This document shows, one piece after another, positions 26,701 through 41,700 of a stretch of 64,000 nucleotides of DNA. The DNA is from Balanoglossus misakiensis. Taxonomy: Eukaryota > Animalia > Hemichordata. The position numbers and the translations under genes are program-made. The stretch lies in contig CM082578.2 of assembly GCA_040954595.2 (NCBI GenBank), positions 14,740,998 to 14,804,997 of the forward strand, in the 5' to 3' direction. Within the stretch, counting starts at the first letter, position 1, and each line of letters begins with the position of its first letter. Below the pieces are notes generated by a model, which saw nothing but the letters and a program-made list of their open reading frames with translations, searched no databases and was not told where the DNA came from.

Positions 26701-29700
26701 GGTACATGACGTATGTTGGTAGCCAAGCAGTGAGAACATTTTATCCAAATTTTCACTAGTAATTTAATTAATCAGAAATTAGGATAAAATATATTTTGAA
26801 AAAATAATAATTTGTATATTCCCTCGCTTTATATGAAGTGGAAAAAAAAAGACAAAATGAAATAATTAAGAAACAGACCGGCATTGAGATTTAAATGACA
26901 GTACTACAATGACAGTTTGAAGTTGTGTTATTTCTGAATACGAAAAAAAAAAAAAAGAATGCTGGGATAGTCCATGGGTCAATTTGGCTGTTTGAGTCAC
27001 CCTGAAAACTAATTTGTGAAATGTGATCTTGATCAATGGAAAACGAAGGCCTGCCCCAACAGATATGGCATACCCAATAATAACTGCATTGTCAACTTAC
27101 AAGAGTGTAAAACTGCCCATGAGTGCTGATGCTGGGTTGCCGTGGTAACCCTGGAGGGCTGATGACGCCATTGGATGTTTGGCACCAGGAGACTGTAATA
27201 GCAAAATGCAATCAGGTTACTGGGGGCCAACCATTAGATGCCTTCACTGTAGTGCTGTAGAGCAGCAGTTTAATTTCAGCAGATACCCTAAAGCAGAAAC
27301 AATCAACAGCCAAATTCTGTCAGTTTGAAGGTGTGTTTATCAGGGCTTCTGTGTGTCTATATTCTAAGATGAAAGGTGCAGTTGAGTGGTATGCTTTAAT
27401 CAAAGAAAAACAGCTATAATTTAGACAAAATATTCTTCATATGCATGTATTTATAATTTTTTGTCTATTATTGCACCTATTTTGCAAGTGATCGCCTGGC
27501 CACTTTTTATATTAATAAACAATTGTAGTTTTAAAAATACCATGTGAAGTCATAATTTTAAATTAAATGGTAGAAAAATCTCAGAATGTCCATTTCTGCA
27601 AAAATAACAAAAGCATCAAACAAATATGAAACAGAACTCTCCTGAAAAGCATTTGTCAATACTTTTTTATATTTTTCATATTGCAAAGCAAATGTTGATA
27701 TATATTCTGATTCTTTATTATTCAGTGCCAGATCTGGACACAAGCAAGAAACACCTCGTAAGGAAGAGAACGAAAACAGCAGAACGAGACCAGCAAAACA
27801 GAATCACGGAGAAAGGGGTCATGGGAAAAGCAAAGAGAAAAACAAGTCAGGCAGGGAATCACCATGGAAACTGAAATCAAGAGAAGATTCCAATGTCTCT
27901 GAGAGTAGACATGACCAACAGGTAGGTCCAGTACATGAGTTCTTACAGAGTATTATTTCAATATTATTTGTGGAAAATATGCATATGTCTTTAATTTTGA
28001 CATGAAATGAAATGTACAGATTACTTTTGTTTTTTTTTTCAATTTCCTGATTCAGTCGAAAGTAAGGAGGTAGATTGATGAAAATAATTAACCAAATACA
28101 GTCATTCATAGTGTAAATGTCATGTGACTTCACTCTACAAGAACAATTAAAGCTACATTACCATAACACTCTTTGTTTCTCATTTGCTTAGCAATTAACT
28201 GGCTTTGGGCATGCTGTTTTATTCGGGTCTAATCAATTACTTATCAAACCATGCTTGTGGCAATTTTCATAAACCATAACAGGTGATTTGCAATAAAAAT
28301 TACTGGTTTATGAAACTGCAAATATGACAGTTAGAGGAGCGTTTGCTTGAACTACTACTGATAGGCACAGATGCCACTGAAGTCAGGCGCAAAGTGGTAT
28401 ATATAAAATTAAGTATAGTTTCTCACAAGTGCATGGTGACCATGCAGGATGTAAGCATACCCTGCTACATGTCTAATGCTAAAACCATACATTGCACGGT
28501 CTGCAGTTCTGTGTGATAAAGTTTTATCACATCATATAAATCCCTTGAAAATCTGGAAAACTCGTTGACGTCTAGAAATTAAACACGGCAGCTGATATTA
28601 TTTAAAATGGATGTCGAGTAGTAAAAAACTATACTCGCATACTTGGCTCATCACTTGAGAGAGTATATTGAGGGGATCCATGACCTTTGACACCAAAAGG
28701 GGAAAATGAGTTGGCAGATTGATGAAGATGGTTAGTGACAAAATGGTGTCATGACCTCTTTTACAGCATTCGTGGTTCATGACTTTTTAAATGTGGAAAT
28801 TAAAGTGTACACTGTGTGAAAAAAAACATCTTTAAAATCATTGCTTTGTTGAACATAACACCATCTATTTTTTATGTTACCATTTGGCCAGTTGAACATA
28901 AAAAATATTAAAATCTATGGAGTACAGTATAATAAGTTATTTTTTTCTCAACAAAAATAATGCATAAACGGTGACACTCAGTGTTTTACTATTATTAAAA
29001 TTGAATAGTTTTCTTTACTTGAAAATGTCTACAATTATGGCCAAACATTTTGTTGAGTGTATAGTAGTCAACTGTGGTGATGATCAAGTAGCAATGGAAA
29101 AGTTTACATTGTCCAAGCCATCGGTGTATGTTTGCATTTAGAGCTGCCGATCAAAGAGAGGTCAAAGGTCACTGTGAAGTTCCTACACCACCAACCAACA
29201 CCAAAATGCTTGTGTGTACTTTGCTTTACTCCACTGTTTGTTTTGTGTCTACACACGCCTATGGAAACCAGGGAAATATTCACACAAACCTACACAAGAA
29301 ATTGAAATCTCAATTCTTTGACTGTATAATTTGCTATGGAAAATATTACATCCATATAGTGGTTTTAAATACAGTACCAACAGCTAAATCGTTAAAATTT
29401 CCTTTGCAATGCCATAATTTTGACCCCACTAGAATATGGCGTACTTTAACGCGTAGTTTATTATCGCCTGATGGTCAGTGACAATAGCCAAACAAGAATA
29501 GAGCAGCGGTCGGTGTAAGACCCATTCAGCTGACCAAGTACTGTTTCTCTGTTTTTTTTTCTCCCATTCAGTACTCTAATCTCGAGTTATTTTCATTTAG
29601 TTCTAAGTGACGCACATGCAAACCGCAACCAATGAATGACCAGGCAAACATACAATGTACAATTTATTATTTACTCATGATTGTTTGGTGGCAGTCTTTT

Positions 29701-32700
29701 TTTTAAATGAAAGGCCCGATCACATTGAATAAGGCGCTTAGCAGTAGAACACGCTGAGGCAACTCGATCATGCGTGGGTGTAAGTTGTAAGTGGAGGAAT
29801 TTGAAATGGAAAAAAAAATTCAGTTTCGCTTTAAAGCATTCTAGTGTTACTGTTAAATTTTAACAATATTTGAAAAAGATTACTGAGTAATCGCCTCTCT
29901 GGAAGGCATAAGTCTGGAGTAATAAATAAAAAGATGTGAATAGCTCTGAACAGAAGCTATAATTTATCATCATGGGGGGTTTATGCAGTTTAATTTAGAA
30001 TTTCCATTTACCCATGCTGAGACAGCAAATTGAATGATCTCTTATCAGATTATGTCATTATAATTAAAATGATCATAATTTATCCTCGTTTATTATTGAT
30101 TGAAAACTGTTGAAAAAGAAAATCAATGTGAAATGAGACTCTTAGCAAAAGTGCGGTATTTATCTTAAACATATACTGCATTAACTAAAGATGGTGGTAT
30201 AATCTTTAACACACAGCTTTCCTCCCCGCCTCCTCACAATGGAATGGTCCATTATTTTTCTTGTTTGGCATCATTATTTTAGGGCATTATTGAAATTGTA
30301 GTGTGAATAATGGGCTTTGCTCATGAATACCAAACAAAGAAACGGCCAAGACACAGTCATTCTCTAGTTTTTAGTCATGGCAGCTGCCAGACTGATTCAT
30401 GGTACATGTGGTGCATAGCAACCCACGCTTTTTTCCCTCCAAACCGACCACCCACCCACCCACATACCCACATGGACAAGTTCCTATCAGGTAAGACATC
30501 AGAAGGGCACTTATTAATTATTATTTCCAAGAGTCATTATTAAGGTCTTTTTTTCAACTGATTTTAATCTTTTGGGCTTTGGTGTGTAACAATGACCTGA
30601 CATCTAGCAATTTCCCAACTGCAAACTCAGTACCCACAGTTAGATGGTTCATACAACTTTTTTCCTTGAAGACCCCCACGTTCTTAGAGGACTACACCCA
30701 CCTAGCTCTTGAATGCAAAAATCATGGTGTCAGCCATACACATTTGGTATCCCAGCATGATTTCCAATCAATTAATGGTCCACACCCCGACAATCACTGC
30801 TTAAAAGTTTCATTGAAGAATTTACCACCGTTGAGATTCAGGTTCAGATTTAGGGAAGTATATTTCTCGACTTCTTTGCGAGAAAAACAAATTTCGGAGT
30901 GAGTAAGGAACCACTGTGCAGTGATACATGAAAGTACCGGTCGTATATTTGACCTGATTCTTCTTGAAGTTTTGGGTCTGACTAACCCAAAGCACACACA
31001 CACACACACACACAAAGGTACCGGTTTTTACCTCAAGGTCTTTGTCTCGATCTCGGCTGGGTGACCTCCAACCGCTTTCAAATGCAATTGGCTCTGAGAG
31101 TGCCACCAACGCAAGTAGCCAGATCCACATGATAATCGGGTTACCACCTGTCATGGTCCAAGTATCATTGAACACACGAGACACTGCAAACATACAAAAT
31201 ACAACATTTACAGTAAGATACCATAAAATTGAACTCAATGACGGAAAAGCTTGGCTTGGGGTGAAATTTCTTTGTGTAAACAAACACTCTGTTGCTGACT
31301 CCTACAGGTGGTTAAGCATAACTGTAGCGCTAACATTTAGGCTGGTGGTTTTGATTACCAATTTGAAGTTATACACACAGTCATTGTCACTGTTATAACT
31401 ATTCAGTAAAGGTGCAAATGTTTTGGTTGTTACAAGTGTCAAGCTTTTCTTTAATTAACTGGTACAACTGTTTACAGTTAAATGGTTATCACTTGCCCTA
31501 TTCTCCTAGCATTAACACTGCAGCAACTCAGATATGTTCATTACCCAAGTTATTTCTAATTTAAACTTAGTTTTGCGAGTTCATTCCATGAGATTAGAAT
31601 CGCCATAAACAGTTGGATCCATTAGTAATAGTATAAATATTGACTTTTCATATTGATTTATTTCAACCTTCAATTTCTACTTTCTATTTCTAATCTACCC
31701 ACAAATTATAACTTCACAAAAAGGAAAATATTTCATTGGGTATTTTACGTCGCTATAAAATGAAATTAAAAGAACTCTCTTCACATGGGAAGGCTATACA
31801 GTAACCATGGTATTAAAGTTTTTACAAAAATCATTGGTGAAAAAATGGCAGCACTTTTGATCACCTATGTACCGGTAGAATACGCTCCAGTGATTATCTC
31901 TGGTTGACAGTGGGTCGAAAATACAGCAGACATCTCCAAGAATCTATGGTGTGTGATTCTGTGTGACGTGATTTGAGTTTTGATCATTTCACCCATTCTA
32001 GTTCTTACATGTAGGGTTAACTAAACTTTGGGCGTTGTTAACTGGACAAAGCGTGGGATGGGGTTTTCTTTGTTGCGTATTCAGCAGTTTTTTTTGTTTG
32101 TCAATTTTCCTCATAGCATCAATGTGTGGTACGTACTATACCAGATGCGGGTTATGACCTTGAGATGCTGGCTTATTTGAATAAAGTACAATGAACGCTC
32201 CTTCTACGATGCCGCATTCTTGTTGAGACTGTTTCTAGTTTGTTCTGCACAGTTCACTAATTTCCACGATTTCATGAAATCAATGGAAAGCTGACAGCTT
32301 CCTTCCTTTTTTGCATTTGAGTTATTTTCTCAAGAACTCTTTGGAAGTTTGTTATCAAATTGAAAAAAGGCTTTGAGCACACTTGGCCTTCAACGGTAAC
32401 CAATGAAGTTGAACAAAAGTGGCATTGTCATGCAAAAGATCTTGAAAAAGCTTTGTTTGCGTCTAACAACAAAACCAAGCAATATTGTGCCCTCTGTCAG
32501 TTGCAGATTAAATAGGTTAGACCCCAACGGATTGATGCTATTATTTTTGGCACTTTTTTGTTCTGGTTTGAATTTTGCTGAGTGTGATATGAGTATAGGA
32601 TCCATTTTGTTTTGAATATACTCTCCGGCAAGGAGGATGAACCACTGGAAATGATCCTTGCAGGGATGTACAGAGGTATGTTTTACAATATGTAACCTCA

Positions 32701-35700
32701 AACTGCCTCGGCACTTTGAAGGTTGATTCCTTTTTTCAAGCTCACCTCGTAGTCACAATTGTTCAAGCTTCCATTGTGCACAAAGAATTCAAATGTTGTC
32801 CATTCCAACTGCTGCAATAACTCAGAATTCCATGCCGGTTGATTGCGTTTTCGTGAAAGCTCATGGTTATTGAACTCAAATTAACAAAAGCGGCCAGGCA
32901 CATTTCTTCTGCTTGTCTGCTCAATCACTGAAATACAAGACAAACAAGAAAATATTCAAAACCAAAGACACTAATCTAACTGATGTTTGTGAAGGATGAT
33001 TCTCGAACTGGACTCCTTATTTAATAAAAATGTCCCAGTGCAAATTGCATTTAACTTTCTGTTGGTAAATGTATTTCTATAATGAAAGTTCCCCACATTT
33101 TCTTGTTGTCATATTTCTTTTGTTCTACTTTTGCTGATGAATTTCACCCTCAGTGTCTGTGTCCATTAATTATTTTGTACACAAAATACTTTCCACCAGT
33201 ATACTGACTGAACATTTTTATCACACTTTCTCTACTCCTCATACTCATAGCAGTCATTTTGTAATTACCCATAATTCATTTAGATTCACACAAAGCTTGA
33301 CCTTGGTTGAAGCTATTCATTGCCACAGTAACCAATCAGAGTACATACTGGCCGCCATCTTGGCATTGATGTGAATATTGTCAATTGATATAAACGTCTT
33401 TGCTTTATACTGTTAACATTCCCAGACTTCAAGATTCTAATTGTGAACATCAGCTGTGATAATTTCATGGCAGAATGTCAATTATTATCCAAATTTACAG
33501 TAGTTGGATGTACGATCATTTTAGAATTTGTTTTTCATAAAATATACAATAGCAAACTAGATACAGCAGAATGTGGTCTAAGTGTTGGAGAGATGTGCAT
33601 AGCACTACATCAGGATGAATTCACACGGACTATTTCTAAACCATAGAATGACATAGTAGTGAATGACAGGAGATAGCTGACCATATTTATGAGGGTTAAT
33701 GACCTTATTTGAGTGCCATGAATCCATCGTTATCCTCAAACCGCTTGGCTTCTTTGAGATTATGCTCTAATAAAGTTACACATCCCTAGTTCCCTTTAGT
33801 CATACAGAGCCAATCCTTGAGATATCTCCGACTGATCATAAATCTCTTAGAAATCCTGTAAAATACTTTCAGAATGTGTCTACTTTTTCATTTGTTTTGT
33901 CCTCTCATGAAGGATGATTTTGTTTTATTTCTTCTGCACATTTCAATGGTTAGTCAATGATTCTCATTTTGTGTTTTTTTCATTCTGTCTGGTCTTTTTT
34001 CTTGGGTGAATTTCTTGTATTTTGTTGTAATTTTCACATCAATACGGTTAACTTGTTTTGAAAATGCATGAAGTGTTTTCCCCGGTTTCAAAACATCCAT
34101 ATAATTTGGAATTCAAAGTATTCCTTTCACAAAATTCTTGGCAGCCAGCAAACTAATCAGAAGTGGAAGTAGTGAGTGTTGGAAACCTTAGCAGTCAAAC
34201 CCCAGCTGTATTGTATGGCCGTGGTATTCCCTGAATGAGGGAATTTCTCTGGGGGGTCATGCGTTGCAACATTTTGACACAAAGCCAACGGGATATCATT
34301 TTCACCGGCCGCTTGTGTTCTGCAATGCCTGAAGTACCCAAACATGTATTGTTAAAACATGCAACCCGATCCAAATATCCTTTGTGTTCAAGTGGAAAAA
34401 CGTGATGCAATGTTGGGCATGTTAATTCATCCGCGCAAAAAAGGGGAAAGAATCTGTCTCATTTTGGTGGGGGAAAAATCATCAATAAGAAAAAGGAGCA
34501 CATGATGTGAACATTCTTGGCTATCTCGAGTCATTCTCCCTTTTAAAAGTTTATTTTTTGCTCCACCTCAGGGTTATTAAACAACACATTTTGTTTTACC
34601 ATCCCTGCCATCTTTTCTACGATTCCCTAAGTGTTCATTCTACAATCAGGATCTTCTCTCTGTCAGTTCGTGGGTGAATTTACATAAGTGCTTATAAGCC
34701 CCCACAAACTTTGTGCATCCAGCATTGGGAATGTACATCTCCGTTGATTTCCTTGTGTAAATTACAGCAATAAAGTCTGACACTTTGATGCAACCACCAA
34801 ATCAGTACGTGTTTGTAATACGTTATAATCATGACAAAAACCACTGGTACTGATACTTCTAAGCTCAAATTACATGTATACAGTTTTTGATGTTTACCCT
34901 GAGTCATTTTGGTTTCCATGGAGACAATCATTGATGCTGTTCTCGGTGGTGAAGATGTTGCATTGTCAGTTTTCAAAGCACTGTTCAATCCCTGGAATTT
35001 TCTGAAACAGAATTTTATCATATCATACTAGTATGTTGATGATTTTCTATATTTACTGTACCCTTGTTTCACTATATGTCGATCTAACAAGACCCAATAA
35101 AACAGGTGGTTTTACCAAATTGTGGTGATGACAAGTAAATTGTTTGATGCCTGATGACATAGCCTGTGCATAACAAATTATTTGATAACATTGATAAATG
35201 GATCCCACTGGTATAAGTCTTTTAGTCAATGTAAATGAATTTGTATATTTAGTTAAACTACAATATTGATAAAGAAAATATTACGAGACATTCTTTTATT
35301 TCCATCGAGATTAACCAGTCTGGTTGTCATGCTATTCAGATGGTTATCCAGCTACTTGAAATTACAACTAGCACATTTTCAAAGGATATGAGATGTGTCA
35401 CAGAATCAAAACAGGAGGATTATCGAACAAGAAAGTACATGTGATAAATTAATATGTCATAGTCATTGTGCCAATAGTGGTAATTATGGACGAAACTAAA
35501 AGATTAATTTATGACTCGTGGCAATAAAACTGAGTAGCCACACCATGAATTGCAAATTAAAGTGGATATGATGAAAATTAAAATTGGGTGAAGATGACTC
35601 TCATGGGAATACCGATATGAAGGTGACTGATAATGCGTGTACCAGTTGATATAAAATTACAACTATCAAATTTATTTCGGGAAATATCCTCTTTCTCACT

Positions 35701-38700
35701 AAAAGATTTATGTTAAGACGTAATCTGTTTTTTGTTATTATGGTTTTAAGGTGTTTCTATTAACATAAAATACATCAAATCTTGATTTGTAGAACGTTAT
35801 TGGTTTGTCCAAAGGCAGAGTACATTCTATTGCTAACCAAATGCATAGAAGTGACCCCCCATAGTATGTTAATTGTGGAATGAACCATTCTGTGTGTAGG
35901 GATTGAGGCCTGTGTAGCAATTGAGTTTTGCTGTAATTTGCAGGTCACACTTTATTGGAAAAATATCATAGCAGTAATAAATATATGTAATTTTTTATTA
36001 AACTGATATTTTTGCTATTCACTTGTATTAATAAATTTATGTCCCTCAACTATGATCTGACAACACTAAAAATCGTGTGAATGTTGTGGTTTGCGATAAT
36101 ATCATTTTAATATATATTTTCAGATCTACCAGTTTAGCTGACATTTTCTGACATAGATAAATGACCTTGTATGGTTTGGCAAACAGTAAGAGACTAATTA
36201 ATGATACATTTGTATTTTATTGATATGTGTTCAGTGAATACTTCGTCTTGTCATAAAAGCAGCAAAAGACTTGAATGACAATTCAATGTCATTGATGGTG
36301 ACATTGACCCAAGTGGCCTGTAGATCTTGTTCGATCAGCGCTGTTAAATTTACCAATCTGCCTCACAGAATAACGAATTCAGTGTAAACAACTCTACTCT
36401 CTAATTTCCATCTTATGAATAATGCATCGGTAATGCACCCACACAAAGGCAGTAAATGTTATTTTGATTTTACTGCAGGGTGTGGAAGCCTGAGAATGGA
36501 TGGGTTATAAAATTTAATGGCAATAATTTATGTTTGACACTGTAAGGATTACTGGTACATTTCCCAAAGTCTTCAATTCATTGAAACAAAATTATATCAT
36601 TGTACAGTGTTGATTACATTAAAAACCTGCAACAGCACATCATGGATTATTAGTCCTCCCTCCCTACAAAATAGTAGTATGTTCCTGAGGTAAAAATTCA
36701 CCAAGATTTCACCATGAATGAGCACCATCCTTTTTCTCAGATTTTAAAAACAATTTCCTGTTCACATTTTCACAGATTCTAGCACATTCAGTAGATATTT
36801 ATTGCTAAACATTCTGATTTTTACTATTTAAAAGGAATGAATGTATAGAGAGACTGTGACATTGTTACTCATCTATCATTTAAAAAAAATGTTTTCTTTT
36901 GCAAGCTGTTTGGAATTATTTGTTAATCTATCCCGAAAAATGTTTGTTTTATGCAAACGTACACTGAGCAAAGTCCACTTTTTGGCCAGATTGCATTCAG
37001 AATCATCATATAATATTTTTCTTCATCGTAACTATGCAAATAAACCTGTCATTGTCAAGCGTCCTTTGAGCAAAAACCAGGCTGCGCGGTCAACAAATTG
37101 GATAGAAAATCTAAAAATAGATACTTTCACTGACTCAGTCACTGGTATGCATAAAAGCTAAATGTATACCGCCCTTGTAATTTTAGGGTCATAAAAAAAC
37201 AAAGATGATAACAGCACCAAAATCTAGCTTTGTAATAAATACAGAAATATTTCAATATTTGACAGTTAATGGATTTTAATTATTTCAGTGAAATTGTTCT
37301 AAAACAAAATTGTAGCATTGAAAGGAAGTTCTCTTCATATTGAAGGTCAATGCATGACTACACTGTTATTCACCAGTATGGGAGCATAATAAGAGTAGTA
37401 ACCCAGATGCCAGATCAATTATGTAAATGAATAAGTGTACTGGAAATCAGCTGATTGATTTTAAGATTACTGTTGAATATAACAACAAAGGGTTACCATG
37501 GTAATAAGCCAGTGTTGATTGCCAGTTGTGTGTAGATATGGAGACATTTAGCATTTCTCATTGTTATTATATACTCACAAAATTTTTTACCTCTTGAAGG
37601 GCTGTAATAATATCTGCCCATAGACATGTTCTTGTAATTTTAACATCAATACTACAATTAAATAGAATTATAGAACAAGGTAACAAATTCATGCTTATTT
37701 CTCATGTTTCACCAAAAGTTTATTTTATAAAAAGTATAAAAAATAAATGAAGTATTTTAGATGTCCATTAGTTTGATTTGAATGAATAATAACAGTGATG
37801 TGTACTGCCTAGAGACAAAAAACAGTCCGGGTATTTGGATACTGTTTGGTAGATAACCAACCATCTTGATTACATGTCGGCTAGTAAAGTGTTTTCAGGG
37901 CATATCTTGTACAGAATACCTTGACCTTACAGTTTACGCTCTAGGTTAAGATGGAGCCAGAAAAAAAAAATTAAAAAATACATTTATCAGAGAGGTTTTT
38001 CAAACCCATTACTGACAATTTATTTCAGATTGAAATGATGTCTGTTTAATAATGGATCTATCTATCAATTTGTATAAATAAAATACATGGAAACACAAAT
38101 AAATTACATTTGAACATTTAACAATTTAGGCATGCTTAAGTAGACATCTCTGTGATCTAATTTCAGCACAGAATGTTTAGTTTATTGCGACACAATCATG
38201 CTCTTGCCAAATTTCACCAGGGAGCATATAAATTGGACAAGAAAAAAACAGACCATGAGAAACAAACAAGCTCCCACCCTAATGAACATGACAACTCATT
38301 CCAAAGGTCAACTGAATATTAAAAATCCCATTAAATAATTGAATAATCTGACTAGATGATGGTTTCATTCTTTGCAGAGACGGGAAGAAAACTACCAAAC
38401 ATGGCAAGACTGGCAGGAGTTCAAAACAATCAACCGAGAACACGAGTTCTCCAAACTGAAGAAGAAAGTCGCTTTGCAACAAAAACTGATCCAGAAAAGA
38501 GATGAACTACATGCTCAGCTGACAGAGGAAGAACAGCAAAGACAGGCAGAGGTGAGGAGATGATTTCCTTCAATAATCTGTCAATTACCGTTATGCAAAT
38601 TATATGTAAATTATGTACTATGCCTTTTGCATAATACACCACCAAATGCACCAACATCGCATATTACTAAAACACCTGATTTGAAAACTATTCCCAATAA

Positions 38701-41700
38701 TTGACTGAATAGGTTGTTTTTACTTCATACACTCATCAAGAGAAGATATCAAAATTAGTTTTCCTTCTTACATCCAGGATAATGAATCAATTTGCAGACA
38801 TTTTATAAATGGATTTTTCAAAAGATGACCAATAAGCTGACCCTGTGACCTTTGACCCTAGGAACCTGATTTCAAGCGGTGGATAGATTTCCATGCCAAA
38901 AGTCTAGCACCATTTGAAATCAGTGTTCCTAGATCAAGAATATCACCATGGCAACCTCATTGTGCTTACCAACAGACATCTTAACTACTGGATATTATAT
39001 TGATAGGCAATATTTGTAAATGTGGGGTTAGTTTAGAAGTGAAGAATTTGTTTTCAAGTACATGTAGTGTTTTCTTATTCTTTGTCATGATATGAAAGGT
39101 TGAACAAAACTAGCAAACACAAAAAACAAACGATACTTTGAATTACTGTGCATGTTTTCAGTGTTAACTGATTTGGAAATAAAGCCAGTGAAGTTCAATT
39201 GTACAAAAACACAATTGAAGTTCATTTTTATCCAATCACATTCAATTTGTTGATGATAAGATTAAGCCATAAATAGTACTGGGCAATTAAACAGAGGCAG
39301 CAGCTACTTCTCTTGAAGTGAATGATTAGTCGTTTCAAAGTCTGCCTCTGGCCATTTTCTCTGCAATATTGGATACAGAGAGTGAGTGCTCGCATAGAAC
39401 ATCAAACATGATCAGTCATGATAACCTTACCCATCATGCAGTCCATTCTGCCACTAAACCAGGCGTACATTTTTCTGGGAATCTTACAGCAGCTAGCAGC
39501 TATAAACGGGATCACAGATATAGTAGCTGGACTTCATTAAAAAATATCTCCAGTTATAAAAAAGTTTCATATTTCTTATTTATACGCTTCAACAAGTGCC
39601 CTCTGCCAATGGATTTCTATTTTAAACTGTTTATTTTTATACAAATTACAGTTCTACCTTGAATGAACATTCAGTACTAAAGCCTCTGTTTTAAGTCTGT
39701 TCTAAAATGAAGATTAACTTTCTGTTGTAAGGAATTTGAAGTTAAAAACAGCGCATAAAAAGGATTTCCTGTTCAGTGCATGATGACCTCAGTTACACGA
39801 TGCCACTTCACTTCATCGAAGCCATCAAATTGAATCGGCCATTTTGCCAATATTTGGAAATGCGTACTTTGTTCATTTGAATATTGCCATGGCAATGGAT
39901 CAATAGGCAATAACAGACTGTTGTGTGGCTAATAAACACAGAGTGAGTTTTCCAAAGTGAACTAGAGTGTGGTCTTGTGGCTATTCATTTGTAATAACCT
40001 GCAAGCCAATCAGGAATCTCCATATGTCATTTGTAGCAATGCAGTGTATATGAATGCATTGGTTTTCTAAAGAACAGTTTGTAGCAGCACTCTTGACCTT
40101 GTCCTATCATCCATGTCAATACTGACCCATTTCTACTTAACGACAGTGAGGAATGGAAATTTCCACCCACTGCAAGTACTCTGGCAGTAATGCAAGTATA
40201 TTTTCTCAATAAAATAAATTTATCTGTTTTTGACCTTTGAGCCAATCAACACGGCCAGAAATGTTGTCTTGTTGCCACGGTAGACTGGTCTCACTTGGTG
40301 CATAGAGTCCTGTTTCATTCTCTAGCACCATATGAAATCAGTTTTCCTTCGCAGCAAAATATTCAACAATCATAGGAGAAAACATCAAACCCATCGATAC
40401 ACATGTCTACACTTGCATCATGGTTATCTTTATTCCAACTTTGAACTTGTCTTTTAAATCAAATCATTGAGTAAAAGAATGAGAAGTTTGCATGGTCAAA
40501 TCCAAGTTGTTCTGTATCATCTTGTGCAACTTAAGTTCATCATAAATATCACGCAATGTACCAAGAGCTTTAGGATTTAATATATTTTAAAACTCAAATA
40601 AGGCAAAATCATGGTCCCTTAATTACTGTGGCAAAATGTTAATTTTACTCTGAATTTTTATCACAGAATGGCTTTTGAAAGGATTTAATTCAGTCTGTCA
40701 AGTTGAAACATCTGTTCCAAGATTGGAAGATCGGACTAGATAATAAAGTAATGTCCAAAAGAGAAAGACAAGGGAGATATGTTGTCTCAAACCATTTCAG
40801 GCGACAAGATTGTAATGATAACTCCCATTGTTACTACAAAGCTAACATATCTACCCTGAGTGACAGCTTAAACAAAATGCATGACAGATTCATACAAATG
40901 CATCTGTCACTTTGTATAGTTTCGAGATATTAGGTTTTGATAGTAATGTCAGACTCTATTGATGAATGCTTTTATTCTTTAGAAGATATTTGCTTTTTTG
41001 TACATAAGTCATACTCTTTTTCCCTATTTAATAAATTATTAATATCTGCATTGGTAGGATGAAAAATTTATGTGGGTGAATTTATTTTCCAATTATAATT
41101 ATGTACCTTTATTATTTATCATTTATGTAGTATCAAACAGTTCTTGCCATAACTTAAACTGGTGTCCATACATAGTATTGCCAATGCTGCAAATAATACT
41201 ATATAAATTGATACAGTCACATTTATTTTGATGTATGGGAACATGCATTGTCTTCACTGGTTAATCTAAGGTTTCAGATACATCAAAATAGACTGTTGAT
41301 TTCACCCTAGATATTAACCTTTCATCTTGCTGATGACTACCAAGTCACCATGGCAACCACTAACTGATAACTCTATGCAAGACTGCCGCTCAGTATTTTC
41401 TACCATAATATCTGCAAATAACATCTTTTTGTCTCTATGGCATAAACTGCTGCACTATACTGATCATCACAACATGTTATCCATCTTTATTTTATATTTT
41501 TACCTCACTGTTTCCTTTCGTAGCCAACACAGGGGATGGGTGCTAACGTAAGTCTATTTACATGGGTGTACAAACAATTTGTTGTGTTGCAATGTTCATA
41601 TACGGATAACTATCACTGCCCTTATCATTCAGGAATTTTACAAACCCAGATGTTCATTTTCTCATCATATATGTTTGTCTCACTGCTTAATGTGCTGTAC

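Noticed and set aside
23850-26706. Kolobok-like termini TTAAAGGTACA at 23850 and 26696
   Set aside because: Same orientation and no matching inverted end found, so no element can be delimited.
30463-30496. Strong donor CAG|GTAAGA after ATGGACAAGTTCCTATCAG
   Set aside because: The ATG frame ends in phase 1 but the next exon (38378) needs phase 0, and there is no clear acceptor. Unsupported as a coding exon.
30579-31398. Cluster of 100-150 aa ORFs in the TSGA13-like intron 2
   Set aside because: They overlap or flank a CA microsatellite and show no recognisable domain and no compatible splice sites.
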